From an uncultured delta proteobacterium (GTDB taxonomy: Bacteria > Desulfobacterota > Binatia > UBA9968), in NCBI GenBank assembly GCA_963840855.1, contig CAWJBB010000033.1, positions 1-64,000 on the forward strand: a DNA stretch of 64,000 nt, written 5' to 3'. The notes beneath the pieces are model-generated. The model searched no databases. It saw nothing but the letters and a program-made list of their open reading frames with translations, and was not told where the DNA came from. Each line of letters begins with the position of its first letter. Positions within the stretch are counted from its first letter, which is position 1. Shown here piece by piece: positions 48,394 to 58,482 of this stretch. The translations under genes and the position numbers were made by a program.

Positions 48394-49488
48394 CTACTTG
48401 CTCAAGATCCGCTTGAGCGCGGCGGTCACGTCGGGCGGCTGATTGACGATTTCCTTTGCCAGCGATTCAAGCTCCTCGCCCGCGACCGGCCCGGCCTCCC
48501 AGCCGCGCTTCTTTAGCTCATCGTTAAATGCAGGGTCCTTAAACATTTTCGTCCAGGCCTGGCGCAGAATGTTGACTCGTTCTGCGGGTACGCCCGGTGT
48601 CGAAACAATGGGCCGCGAACCAAAGCCCCACAGACCCAGATAGGTCGTGATCAAACGCCGCTTGGAGTCGGAAATTTTGTATCGCTCCATCAATTCGAAA
48701 ACAGTCGGTACGTCGGGAATTTTGGGGTGACGTTTCTCTTCGGTCTGGAGGAGAATCCGGACGAAGCCCTTCTTGTGCCAGGTCAAGAATGGTTCGCGGC
48801 CGAAGAACCCTTCTATCGTGATGGCGCGGCAGTTAACTTCGCCGCGTTCCATGGCGAGATCTTGTTCGGAGCCGCCGGGATAGCCGCTTACGACGTTGAA
48901 TTTCAGCCCAAGAGCGTCTTGCAGCAGACGTGGCAGGTCGTAGCCGGTGCTACCCACGCCCGTGGCCGAGCACTTCGGCGGATCGTTGGTGTCGCGCAAA
49001 TCATCCAAGGACTTAAACGGCGCGTCAGAGCGGATATACAGGAGATGTCCGCCGCGGTCAGGCGTGCCGATCCAGCTGAATTTCGGCCAGTCGAACTGGA
49101 CTTCCTTGCTCCCGGTTATTTGCGCAATGATCAGTGCGCCGCCGATCGCGCCCAGGGTAAGCCCATCGGGCTTGGTGACGTTATAAACATGATTCGCCGC
49201 AATCATCGCGCCGGCGCCGGGCATGTTCTGGACGACGAACTCCGGATTTCCCGGAATGTGTTTTCCGAGAAAACGGGCATAGGTGCGTGCCCATTGATCG
49301 TGGTTGTCGCCGGGCTGGTAGCCGACGATCACGCGCAGCGTCTTACCTTGGTAAAAATTCGCTTGCGCGAATGCTGGTTCAAGGTTCAAGGGGTTCAAAA
49401 GTCCAAAAGTTAGAAATCCGAAAACAGAAAGAACCTTGAACAGGTGAACCTTTGAACATTTGAACGAATCGTTGAGCGGATAGTTCAT
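48394..49488 (-). CDS. Bug/TctC substrate-binding protein, array member 9 (repeat-encoded leader)
   Basis: Motifs FYQGKTLRVIVG, IPGNP..VVQNMPGAG, PPKCS and MERGEVNCR. Confidence 0.92.
   Translation of the reverse strand: MNYPLNDSFKCSKVHLFKVLSVFGFLTFGLLNPLNLEPAFAQANFYQGKTLRVIVGYQPGDNHDQWARTYARFLGKHIPGNPEFVVQNMPGAGAMIAANHVYNVTKPDGLTLGAIGGALIIAQITGSKEVQFDWPKFSWIGTPDRGGHLLYIRSDAPFKSLDDLRDTNDPPKCSATGVGSTGYDLPRLLQDALGLKFNVVSGYPGGSEQDLAMERGEVNCRAITIEGFFGREPFLTWHKKGFVRILLQTEEKRHPKIPDVPTVFELMERYKISDSKRRLITTYLGLWGFGSRPIVSTPGVPAERVNILRQAWTKMFKDPAFNDELKKRGWEAGPVAGEELESLAKEIVNQPPDVTAALKRILSK
49377..49465. repeat. 89-bp (GTTCAAG-like)x4 / (TTGAAC-like)x4 tandem-inverted element inside a Bug leader
   Basis: GTTCAAG GTTCAAGGG GTTCAAAA GTCCAA ... 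TTGAACAG GTGAACCT TTGAACAT TTGAAC. Confidence 0.85.
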
Positions 49489-49510
49489 AACGGCCTCACT
49501 TTTGTCAAAT

Positions 49511-49907
49511 TTATTTGCTCAAGAGTTTTTTCAGCCATTCGATCACTTCCGGTGGTTGATCGATCACTTCCTTGGCGTGGATTTGGCCATCGAACGAGGC
49601 GAGGCGCAATGCCCGCCATCACTATTGCGGCGTTTTTGGCGACGTTGTAGACATGGCATTGGACGCGATTCGTGGCCGGATTGCCAGGAATATGTTTCCC
49701 CATGCTGCGGGAATAGGCGCGCGCAAAAAGATCGTGCGTATCGCCGGGTAGATTGCCAACGACGATGCGAATGGTTTTGCCATGGTAAAAATGCTTGCGC
49801 GAATACTCGTTCAAGGTTCAAGGGTTCAAGAGTTCAAGGGTCAGAACGGAGAAGAGTCCGAGAACCTTGAACCCTTGAACTTTTGAACTCTTGAACTGGT
49901 TTGCCAT
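49511..49907 (-). pseudogene. Internally deleted Bug/TctC gene, array member 8
   Basis: Leader MANQFKSSKVQGFKV.., then YHGKTIRIVVGNLPGDTHDLFAR..IPGNP and HVYNVAK, then a jump to the C-terminus AKEVIDQPPEVIEWLKKLLSK*. About 400 bp versus about 1090 bp for its neighbours. Confidence 0.85.
49809..49896. repeat. 88-bp tandem-inverted element inside a Bug leader
   Basis: GTTCAAG GTTCAAGG GTTCAAGA GTTCAA ... TTGAACCC TTGAACTT TTGAACTC TTGAAC; one G shorter than the other copies. Confidence 0.85.
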
Positions 49908-49910
49908 TTC

Positions 49911-50993
49911 TCATTCGCGCCCGAGCACCCACTTCATACGCTCGATGATTTCACGGGGCTGGGTCATGACCTCCTTGGACAGGCTCTGCAGCTCTTCGCC
50001 TTTTGTTGGATCGACCTCCCATCCCTGTTTGGCGGCTTCGCCCAGCAGATCTGGATCGGCGATGGCTTTTGCATAGGCGTCGCGAAGAATCTTAACGCGG
50101 TCGGCGGGGGTGCCGGGAGCGGCGCCAATGGGGCGGCCAAGGGTGGCGGCGGTCAAAATAACTTTGGCGAGACGGCGGCCGGCCTCGGAAGTCTTGTACT
50201 GCTGCATCAGCTCGATCAACGTGGCAGTGTCCTTCAGCCGTGGATCGCGCTTTGCGCCGGTTTGCAGCATGACGCGCACATAGCCGGATTTATGCCAGCG
50301 TCTGTACGGCTCGCGGCCAAAATAGGTTGCGAGCAGCGGCGACCAGCAGATGACTTCATTGCGCTCAATGGCCAATTCAATATCCGGAGCCCCCGGGTAG
50401 CCGCTGACGATCTGAGTTTTGATGCCGAGAGTTTCTTCCAGGAGTCTGGGAATATAGTGGCCAGTGCTGCCCGTACCCGTGCTGCCGCATTTGGCCGGCT
50501 CTTTCGCGTTACGTAAATCGTCGATGGTTTTGAATGGCGCGTCGGCGCGAATGTAATGGACGATGTCGTTCTTTTCCGGCGAGCCGATCCAGTTAAATTT
50601 TGTCCAATCGAATTTCACTTCGGGTCTGCCCACCAGTTGATCGAAATAGAGCGCAGGGTTGACAGCCCCAAGGGTCAACCCGTCGGGTTTGGCAACGCCA
50701 TACACGTAATTGGCGCCGATGATGTTCCCGGCTCCAGGCATGTTCTGCACCACGATCGACGGGTGTCCCGGGATGTACTTGACGATGTGACGCGCCGTGA
50801 GACGCGCCCAGAGATCGTAACCGCCGCCGGTGGTCGAAGCGACGACCAGCGTGAGGGTTTTGCCCTGATAGAAGGGTGTCTGGGCAGACGCCCGTTCAAT
50901 GTTCAAGGGGTTCAAGAGTCCAAGCGCCAGGACAAAGAAGAGTCCGATAACATTGAACGCTTGAACCCTTGAACTTTTGAACGCCTTAGGCAT
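49911..50993 (-). CDS. Bug/TctC substrate-binding protein, array member 7 (repeat-encoded leader)
   Basis: Motifs FYQGKT, GGGYDLWAR, VVQNMPGAG, PAKCG and IERNEVICW. Confidence 0.93.
   Translation of the reverse strand: MPKAFKSSRVQAFNVIGLFFVLALGLLNPLNIERASAQTPFYQGKTLTLVVASTTGGGYDLWARLTARHIVKYIPGHPSIVVQNMPGAGNIIGANYVYGVAKPDGLTLGAVNPALYFDQLVGRPEVKFDWTKFNWIGSPEKNDIVHYIRADAPFKTIDDLRNAKEPAKCGSTGTGSTGHYIPRLLEETLGIKTQIVSGYPGAPDIELAIERNEVICWSPLLATYFGREPYRRWHKSGYVRVMLQTGAKRDPRLKDTATLIELMQQYKTSEAGRRLAKVILTAATLGRPIGAAPGTPADRVKILRDAYAKAIADPDLLGEAAKQGWEVDPTKGEELQSLSKEVMTQPREIIERMKWVLGRE
50894..50982. repeat. 89-bp tandem-inverted element inside a Bug leader
   Basis: GTTCAAT GTTCAAGGG GTTCAAGA GTCCAA ... 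TTGAACGC TTGAACCC TTGAACTT TTGAAC. Confidence 0.85.
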
Positions 50994-51000
50994 CCTTTAC

Positions 51001-52095
51001 TTACTCCCGTCCGATAACCCATTTCATTCGATCGATCACATTTTGCGGCTGACTCACGACCTCTTTGGCCATGCCATCGAGCTCGTCGCCGGTGAGCGGG
51101 GCCAGTTCCCAGCGCCGTTTCTTCACCTCGGCCAAAAGCTCCGGATCATTCATGGTAGCGACGTAGGCCTGCCGCAAAAGCTTCACACGCTCCGCCGGCA
51201 GCGCGGGCGGCGCGACGATGGGACGGCCCAGGGTGGCGGCTGTTAAGACCACCCGCGCGAGGCGCTTGCCCGCCTCCGGGGTTTTATACTGGTCCATCAA
51301 CTCGTAAATGGTTGGCACGCTTTCCAGCCGCGGGTCACGCTTTCTGCCCATTTGAACTAGCACGCGTACGAAGCCTTTCTTGTACCAACTCATGTAAGGT
51401 TCGCGTCCGAAGAAGGTTGCGATGAGCGGCGACCAACAGATGACTTCCCCTCGTTCCACGGCCAGATCGATTTCCGTTCCGCCCTGGTAACCACCGACGA
51501 TGGTGTGCTTCAGTCCGAGTGTTTCTTCGAGAAGTCGCGGTATGTAATGGCCGGTGGTTCCCGTTCCTGAACTACCGCACCGAGGTGGTTCCTTGGCCGT
51601 CCGAATATCTTCCACGGTTTTATACTGTGAGTCGGCGCGCATGTAATGGAGCGGTTCGTTCTGTTCGGGAGAACCAATCCAGGTAAACTTAACCCAGTCG
51701 AATTTGATTTCTGATCGGCCCACCAACTGATCGAAATAGAGCGCGGGAAGAATTGCGCCAAGCGTAAGTCCGTCGGGTTTGGCTAAGTTATAAATCTGGT
51801 TCGCGGCAACGACGGAGCCCGCGCCTGGCACGTTCTGGACGACAATCTCCGGATTGCCGGGAATATGCTTGCCGTAATAGCGAGCGAGCAAGCGCGCCCA
51901 TAGATCATATCCACCGCCGGTTGAGGAGCCGACGACGAGCTTGATGGTCTTGCCTTGGTAAAAAGGCGTCTGGGCAGACGCCAGTTCAAGGTTCAAGAGG
52001 CTCAAGAGTTCAACGACAGAAAAGGCAAGGACTCCGAATACCTTGAACCTTTGAACTTTTGAACTCTTGAACCCGTGGAGCGGTGACCTTTCCAT
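51001..52095 (-). CDS. Bug/TctC substrate-binding protein, array member 6 (repeat-encoded leader)
   Basis: Motifs FYQGKT, GGGYDLWAR, VVQNVPGAG, PPRCG and VERGEVICW. Confidence 0.93.
   Translation of the reverse strand: MERSPLHGFKSSKVQRFKVFGVLAFSVVELLSLLNLELASAQTPFYQGKTIKLVVGSSTGGGYDLWARLLARYYGKHIPGNPEIVVQNVPGAGSVVAANQIYNLAKPDGLTLGAILPALYFDQLVGRSEIKFDWVKFTWIGSPEQNEPLHYMRADSQYKTVEDIRTAKEPPRCGSSGTGTTGHYIPRLLEETLGLKHTIVGGYQGGTEIDLAVERGEVICWSPLIATFFGREPYMSWYKKGFVRVLVQMGRKRDPRLESVPTIYELMDQYKTPEAGKRLARVVLTAATLGRPIVAPPALPAERVKLLRQAYVATMNDPELLAEVKKRRWELAPLTGDELDGMAKEVVSQPQNVIDRMKWVIGRE
51984..52072. repeat. 89-bp tandem-inverted element inside a Bug leader
   Basis: GTTCAAG GTTCAAGAG GCTCAAGA GTTCAA ... 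TTGAACCT TTGAACTT TTGAACTC TTGAAC. Confidence 0.85.
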
Positions 52096-52141
52096 GAATA
52101 GTATCAGCCTCCGTGCTCCGATCTAATCACCATTGCCGGTT

Positions 52142-53174
52142 CTACATCCCGATCAGTTTTTTTACTTTCTCCACGATGTCCGGCGGGGTGGTCATGACTT
52201 CTTTGGCAAGCTTGTCGAGTTCCTCGCCGGCGGCCGGGTCGATATCGAGCCGGCGCCTTTCCGCCTCAGCCAAGAAGGCCGGATCACTGATCGTCTTGTT
52301 AAACGCGTCGCGCATGATCTTCACTCGGTCCGCCGGTACGCCCGGAGGGAAAACCATGGGCCGGCCAAACTCGTCGGACGCCACCACGACCTTTACGAGG
52401 CGCCGAACATTTTCGGAGGTCTTATACTTGTTCATCAGCTCGTCGAACAACGGCACGTCTTTAAGCCTTGGGTCGGGGCTGCCGCCCGTCTGGTAAAGCA
52501 CGCGAACGAAGTTTTTCTTGCGCCAGGTAATAAACGGCTCACGCGAAAAAAAGGCATTGATGGTAAAAGCCCGGCAAACGACTTCGCCGCGCTCCACGGC
52601 GAGGTCGATGTCCGATCCCGCGACATACCCCGAGACGATGTCGAACTTGGTGCCAAACGCATCTTCCATGAGCTTTGGCATATAATACGCCGACGAGGTG
52701 ACTCCGGTTGCGCCGCACTTGGGCGGACTGGACGCAGTTCGAATATCTTCGATCGTCTTATAGGGCGCGTCGGCGCGCATGTACATGAGACTCTTCGAGC
52801 TTACCGGACTGCCAATCCAGATAAACTTACTCCAGTCGAATTTGGCCTCCGGCCGCTTGGCGAGTTGCTCGAAGTAGAGCGCGGGATAAATCGCGCCGAG
52901 GGTTAGACCGTCAGGTTTGGCGATATTGTAAACCTGATTGGTGCCGATCAATCCCGCCGCGCCGGCCACGTTTTGAATGATGATGTTTGGGTTTCCCGGA
53001 ATGTGCTTGGGCATGAATTCCGCGACCAGGCGCGGGTAAAGGTCATAGACGTCGCCCGGCTTGGCGGCCGCTATTATCGTGACAGTCTTACCCTGATAGT
53101 AGGGAGTCTGGGCGGATACACTTGGAGACCCACGCGACGAACAAAAGCAGAAAGTAGATGACGCTCCGATGCAT
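52142..53174 (-). CDS. Bug/TctC substrate-binding protein, array member 5 (frameshift in leader near 53125)
   Basis: GAGGAG RBS and MHRSVIYFLLLFVAW at 53174 shift into PSVSAQTPYYQGKT; motifs PPKCG and VERGEVVCR. Confidence 0.88.
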
Positions 53175-53218
53175 AAAATCTCCTCTTGATGATTCACTCG
53201 ACGAGCCCGTTTAATTCT

Positions 53219-54247
53219 CTATGTCCCTAATAATTTTTTCATTCGTTCAATGACTTCCGGCGGTTGTGCGACAATCTCTTTTGCCAAAGCTTCCAGTTCT
53301 TCGCCGGGAACCGGATCCAGGTCCAATCGTTTCTTCTTGGCGTCGTCCAAAAGGTCCGGATCGCGCACGGACCTCATGAAGGCCTCACGGAGAATTTTCA
53401 CCCGGTCCGCTGGGATACCCGGAGTCGCGACGATGGGACGGCCAATCTCGTTGGCGGCCAAGATCACCGCAGCCAAGCGGCGCGCGGAATCGGCGGTTTT
53501 GTGTTGGTCCATGAGTTCATGGAGAGTTGGAACCTCAGGCAAATTAGCGTCCCGTTTCTTGCCGGTTTGAATGATTACACGAACAAAACCTTTCTTACGC
53601 CAGGTGTGGAAAGGCTCGCGGGCAAAGAAGGCGGCGATCGTGAAGGCGCGGCATTGTACCTCGCCTCGCTCTACGGCCAGGTCGACATCCGTGCCGGAGT
53701 TGTAACCGGTAACGATGTTGAATTTCGCCCCGATGGTCTCTTCCAAGAGCTTGGGCAGGTAGTAGGCAGATGAAGCCGTGCCTTCGGCGCCGCACTTGGG
53801 CGGCGTGGAAGCTTTGCGGATATCCTCGACGGTTTTATAGGGAGTGTCGCTCCTCATGTAGAGCAGATGATGCGACACGGTGGTGTTGCCGATCCAGGTA
53901 AACTTTTGCCAGTCGAACTGGACCTCCTTCCGTCCGACGAGCTGATCGAAGTAGAGCGCGGGTTGGATTGACCCGATGGTGAGGCCATCAGGCTTGGCTA
54001 CCCCGTAGATGTAATTGGCCGCAACCATGGAGGCCACGCCCGGCATGTTTTGCACGATGACATTCGGAGTGCCGGGAATATGTTTTGGGATGAACTGGGC
54101 AACCAGGCGCGCATAGAGATCATACACACTGCCCGCTGGGGTACCGGCCACAAGCCGAATGGTTTTACCCTGGTAGAAGGGGGCCTGCGCGTGAAGGCTA
54201 AAGGGCCACAGTAACACGACGAGAAAAATGAAAAAGCTCGAAAACAT
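53219..54247 (-). CDS. Bug/TctC substrate-binding protein, array member 4
   Basis: Conventional signal peptide; motifs FYQGKT, IVQNMPG, PPKCG and VERGEVQCR. Confidence 0.93.
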   Translation of the reverse strand: MFSSFFIFLVVLLWPFSLHAQAPFYQGKTIRLVAGTPAGSVYDLYARLVAQFIPKHIPGTPNVIVQNMPGVASMVAANYIYGVAKPDGLTIGSIQPALYFDQLVGRKEVQFDWQKFTWIGNTTVSHHLLYMRSDTPYKTVEDIRKASTPPKCGAEGTASSAYYLPKLLEETIGAKFNIVTGYNSGTDVDLAVERGEVQCRAFTIAAFFAREPFHTWRKKGFVRVIIQTGKKRDANLPEVPTLHELMDQHKTADSARRLAAVILAANEIGRPIVATPGIPADRVKILREAFMRSVRDPDLLDDAKKKRLDLDPVPGEELEALAKEIVAQPPEVIERMKKLLGT

Positions 54248-54450
54248 GAAACGGCCACCTTCTTTCCATACGCAACCGCAGGCTGGTTACCCTCAGTTGT
54301 GCCGTGACGTCACTGGGTCGGCGTCTCGACAGGGTAGTCAACGGCTCGTCAATCACCCAAAAGTTTGCGCCTCCGCCGGAAATTTGGCCGGAGCATATCC
54401 CTCAAGGCTGCCAGGTTGCAACAACCCCGAGGGATTGCCGGTGAAATTTC

Positions 54451-55489
54451 CTATTTTCCGCCCAGTAACTTCTCCATACGCTGTACGACGTCAGGGGTTG
54501 CCGCCATGACCTCTTTTGCCAAGGCCTCGATCTCCGCGCCGGTCGCCGGATCCATTTCCAGGCGGCGCTTTTCGGCCGTCGCCAAAAGCGCCGGATCGCT
54601 CACCGACTTGTCGAACGCGTCACGCAGTATTTTCAGCCGGTCCGCCGGAACTCCGGGAGCGGTAACCAGGGGGCGGCCAAACTCGCCGGCGGACAAAACG
54701 ACTTTTGCCAGGCTTCTTCCGGCGGCCGTCGTTTTATACCGGTCCATCAATTCGTAGATTGTCGGCGCTTCCTTGAGACGGGCGTCGCGTTTGGCGCCGC
54801 TCTGCATCAGAGTGTTGACGAAACCGCGCTTGCGCCAGGAAATGAACGGCTCCCGGGCGAAATAGGCGGTGATCGTAAAGGCGCGGCAAACCACCTCGCC
54901 GCGCTCGACGGCGAGATCCACATCTTGACCGGACTGATAGCCTAACACGATGTCGAATTTCGTTCCGAGGGTTTCTTCCATGAGTTTGGGCAGGTAATAG
55001 CCGGTGGAAGTAATACCGTTGGAGCCGCACTTGGGCGCCGCCGAGGCATTACGGATATCATCCATCGATTTATAAGGAGCGTCCGACCGCATATATAATA
55101 AGTGGTTCGAGGTGACCGGATTGCCGACCCAGCCGAACTTGGTCCAGTCGAATTTGGCTTCGGGCTTTTTCGTGAGCTGCTCGAAATAGAGCGCCGGGTA
55201 GATGGCGCCGATGGTCAAGCCATCCGGTTTGGCGACGTTGTAGACCTGATTGGCCGCGATCATCGACGCGGCGCCCGGCACGTTCTGGATAATGATATTC
55301 GGATTGCCGGGAATGTATTTCGGCATGAACTCAGCGAGCATGCGCGGGTACAAGTCATAGGCGTCGCCGGCTTTGGTGCCAACAATAATTGTTATCGTTT
55401 TTCCTTGATAAAATGGGGTCTGAGCCTGGGCATGGCCGGCCACGGCAGCTTGCCATCAGGATTATTAGAGCGACCAACAAACAATGCAT
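54451..55489 (-). CDS. Bug/TctC substrate-binding protein, array member 3 (frameshift in leader near 55445)
   Basis: AAGGAGG RBS and MHCLLVALIILMAS at 55489 shift into VAGHAQAQTPFYQGKT; motifs APKCG and VERGEVVCR. Confidence 0.88.
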
Positions 55490-55543
55490 TTCGATACTTC
55501 CTCCTTAAAAGATTTTCGACCGAACTTTAACATGTTAAAAAAT

Positions 55544-56576
55544 TTATAACCCACTAATTAATTCGAGTATTTTTTTCACCCGTGCCAGGACATCCGGCGG
55601 TTGCTGCAAAATTTGCTGAGCGAGTTTTTCCAAATGCGCGCCGCTCGTAGGATCGACATCCATTCTTTGCTTCCGCGTCTCGGCGAGCAGTTCGGGATCT
55701 TTCATGGACTGATCGAAGGCCCGCCGCAGCATTTCGACGCGCTCCGCCGGCGTCCCCGGACCGGAAATAATCGGCCGTCCGAAGGACTCGGCCGCGAGGA
55801 TCACCTGGGCAACGCGGCGACTGTTCTCGGGCACGTTTTCTTTGTCGAAGATCTCCGCGATGGTCGGTACATCAGGGATTCTTTCATCACGCTTGGCGCC
55901 GGTATAGAGCAGGATTCGAACAAAGTTTTTCTTTTGCCAACTCAAGAACGGCTCGCGTCCGAAGAAGGGCGACGCGGTCATGCCACGGCACATGACTTCG
56001 CCTTTTTCGACCGCGATGTCGATCTCGGACCCGCCGGGATATCCTAAAACAGTATTGATTTTTAGAGGCGGCAAGGTGTCCTCCAACATGCGCGCCAGGA
56101 TGAAATCGGTGCTGACTGTTCCTGTAGAGCCGCATTTGGGCGGCTCTTTGGCGTTTTTCACGTCCGAGATGGTCTTGTAAGGACTGTCGGCGCGCATATA
56201 AAGAATCATCGGTTCCATGACCGGAGAGCCTATCCAGGCGAACTTGCGCAGGTCGAACTTCACTTCAGGCCGGCCGACGAGTTGGTCGAGATAGAGGCCG
56301 CTGCTTGGAAAACCGATGGTCAAACCGTCGGGTTTGGCGACGTTGTAGACGTAATTGGTCGCTACGACGGAACCCGCGCCGGGCATATTCTGCACGATGA
56401 AACTCGGATTGCCTGGGATATACTTCGGCATGAAGCGCGACAGCAGGCGCGCCCAACGATCGTAAAACCCTCCGGTGGTAAAGCCGACCACAACCCTGAC
56501 CTGTTTGCCTTGGTAAAAGGGAGCGGCTGGGCGTGAACGTGGAAGAGCCAAAGCTCGCCCAAATAGACCGGTTCAT
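55544..56576 (-). CDS. Bug/TctC substrate-binding protein, array member 2 (leader disrupted by small indels)
   Basis: GGGAG RBS and ATG at 56576; fragments LWLFHVHAQ and APFYQGKQ lie in different frames; motifs GGFYDRWAR, PPKCG and VEKGEVMCR. Confidence 0.85.
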
Positions 56577-56765
56577 TTGTGCTCCCTGCTCGCATGGGTG
56601 CTCGGCCTGGTCGAGATGATTCGGATTGGATCTCGACGGCCGGCGGGTACGAGTGCGATTGACGTAAGCCTCGCGGAGGGTGACGCCAAGATGAACTGCT
56701 GATTAGACTAAGAGATCGCCATGTCGATGCAACTCCATTTCATTCGTCTGGTTTTCGTCACGACC

Positions 56766-57797
56766 TTATTCGGCGAGAACTTTTTTGACCCGCTCCATGA
56801 CATCGCTCGGCTGGTTCATGAGTTCTTTCATCAGAACTTGTAGCTCTTCGCCGGGCGTATACTCCATATCCATCTGGCCCTTTTTCGCTTCTTCGATAAG
56901 GCCGGGATCTCTCATGGCTTTGGCATAGGCATCCCGCAGCATCTTCACTCGATCCGGCGGGTTGCCCGGGCCAGCCACCATCGGCCGGCCAAATTCTCCG
57001 CCCGCCAAAACGATGCGCGTTACGCCGCGCATAACTTCTGGAGTCTTATATTGGTCCATGAGTTCGAAGAGCGTCGGTGCATCGCCCATGCGCGGATCGC
57101 GCTTCGGTCCGCCTTGGAGTAGGTGACGGTCGAAGCCCTTCTTGTGCCAGGTCTCGAACGGCTCGCGGCCAAAGTGAGGAGGGATGTCCATGCCCCGGCA
57201 GACGATTTCACCGCGCTCCACCGCGACGTCGATCTCGCTGCCGCCCTGATATCCCGTCACCGTGTTGAGCTTTGCCTTGAAAGCTTCGTCCATGAGTCGC
57301 GCGATAAGATAGCCCGTACTGGCTGTCCCCGTCGAGCCGCATTTGGGCGGTTCGCTGGCTTTAATGATATCCGCAACGGTCTTGAACGGACTATCGGCGC
57401 GGAAATAGAGCATCGTCGGCGCCTTTTCCTGGGTGCCGATAAATTCAAATTTGCGCATGTCGAACTTGACTTCTTTACGGCCGACGATTTGATCGAGGTA
57501 CAAGCTATTGATCGGCACCAACAAGGTCAGACCGTCGCTTTTGGCCAGGTTGTAAACATAGTTGGCCGCGATCACCGAACTCGCCCCAGGCATGTTTTGC
57601 ACGACGAAGTTGGGGTTTCCGGGTATGTATTTTGGCATATAGCGCGACAGCAGTCTCGCCCAGCGGTCGTAGAAGCCTCCGGGCGTAAAACCGACGATAA
57701 CTCTAACGGTCTTATCCTGGTAGAACGGCGTGGCTTGAGCCCGAAGGAACGAGGCGGAGGAAACGATCAAAAAGACGACGAGGATTAGAGTGCCCAT
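56766..57797 (-). CDS. Bug/TctC substrate-binding protein, array member 1
   Basis: GGAGG RBS, signal peptide, FYQDKT, GGFYDRWAR, PPKCG and VERGEIVCR. Confidence 0.93.
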   Translation of the reverse strand: MGTLILVVFLIVSSASFLRAQATPFYQDKTVRVIVGFTPGGFYDRWARLLSRYMPKYIPGNPNFVVQNMPGASSVIAANYVYNLAKSDGLTLLVPINSLYLDQIVGRKEVKFDMRKFEFIGTQEKAPTMLYFRADSPFKTVADIIKASEPPKCGSTGTASTGYLIARLMDEAFKAKLNTVTGYQGGSEIDVAVERGEIVCRGMDIPPHFGREPFETWHKKGFDRHLLQGGPKRDPRMGDAPTLFELMDQYKTPEVMRGVTRIVLAGGEFGRPMVAGPGNPPDRVKMLRDAYAKAMRDPGLIEEAKKGQMDMEYTPGEELQVLMKELMNQPSDVMERVKKVLAE

Positions 57798-57980
57798 TAG
57801 CCCTCCTGACTTTTCCTATCTAGCATGCTCCCGGCAGTCCTATTCATCGGTCACCCGCGTTGAGGCGGGAAGAACTTCTGGATTAAGCCGGTGAATGCTT
57901 GTGGCAAAATGAGTTGACAAAGGGGAATTGCCGGATCGCGTGTGATGCGAGTTAACGCCGTTTGCACGCTGCTATGAATT

Positions 57981-58469
57981 TTATTCCCATCCAAGCCAGG
58001 CAAAGATGCGCCCCTCGGGAAAGGGCAGTGTAAGGAGCTTTACGAACAGCAACCAAAAAACGCCATAGGCAAGCGCCGTCAAACCGATGGACAGGCCCCA
58101 TGACTCCTTCGATTGAATTTTGAGGTACGTAAACATCATTACGACAATGCTGATAGGGAATCCCACAAGCCAAACCCCGAGCAAAAAGCAAAAAAACCAG
58201 GTAAACATGACAATAGCCCGCTTTTTTGCCAGCGCCGGATCAATGTCTTTGGTAAATTGAAAATCCATCGGCGTGCCGTCGGATGTTTGCTTGGGCTTAT
58301 ATCCTCTTAAATCCAGAACGACCTGGATAACGGCCAAGATCACCATCGGGAAGCCGATGGCCCAAGGGTAAAGCCTGGCCTGGAGTCGCCAATCCTGGGC
58401 GACGTAAACCCAAACGATAAAAAATATTAGTGCGCAAATACTAAAAATCGCCGGCCCTCTGATTTTCAC
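57981..58469 (-). CDS. tctB: Tripartite tricarboxylate transporter small membrane subunit TctB
   Basis: About 160 aa with 4-5 TM segments; ARLYP, LVGF and LF..LL.LPFPEG pattern; co-oriented with the Bug array and tctA. Confidence 0.85.
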   Translation of the reverse strand: MKIRGPAIFSICALIFFIVWVYVAQDWRLQARLYPWAIGFPMVILAVIQVVLDLRGYKPKQTSDGTPMDFQFTKDIDPALAKKRAIVMFTWFFCFLLGVWLVGFPISIVVMMFTYLKIQSKESWGLSIGLTALAYGVFWLLFVKLLTLPFPEGRIFAWLGWE

Positions 58470-58482
58470 GATGTTATCCTTC

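Noticed and set aside
49377-52072. CRISPR array or integron attC cassettes suggested by regularly recurring repeats in the Bug array
   Set aside because: The repeats are inside coding leaders and made of 7-9-bp units, with no constant 25-45-bp repeat-spacer pattern. There are no cas or integrase genes, and the five upstream Bug genes lack them.
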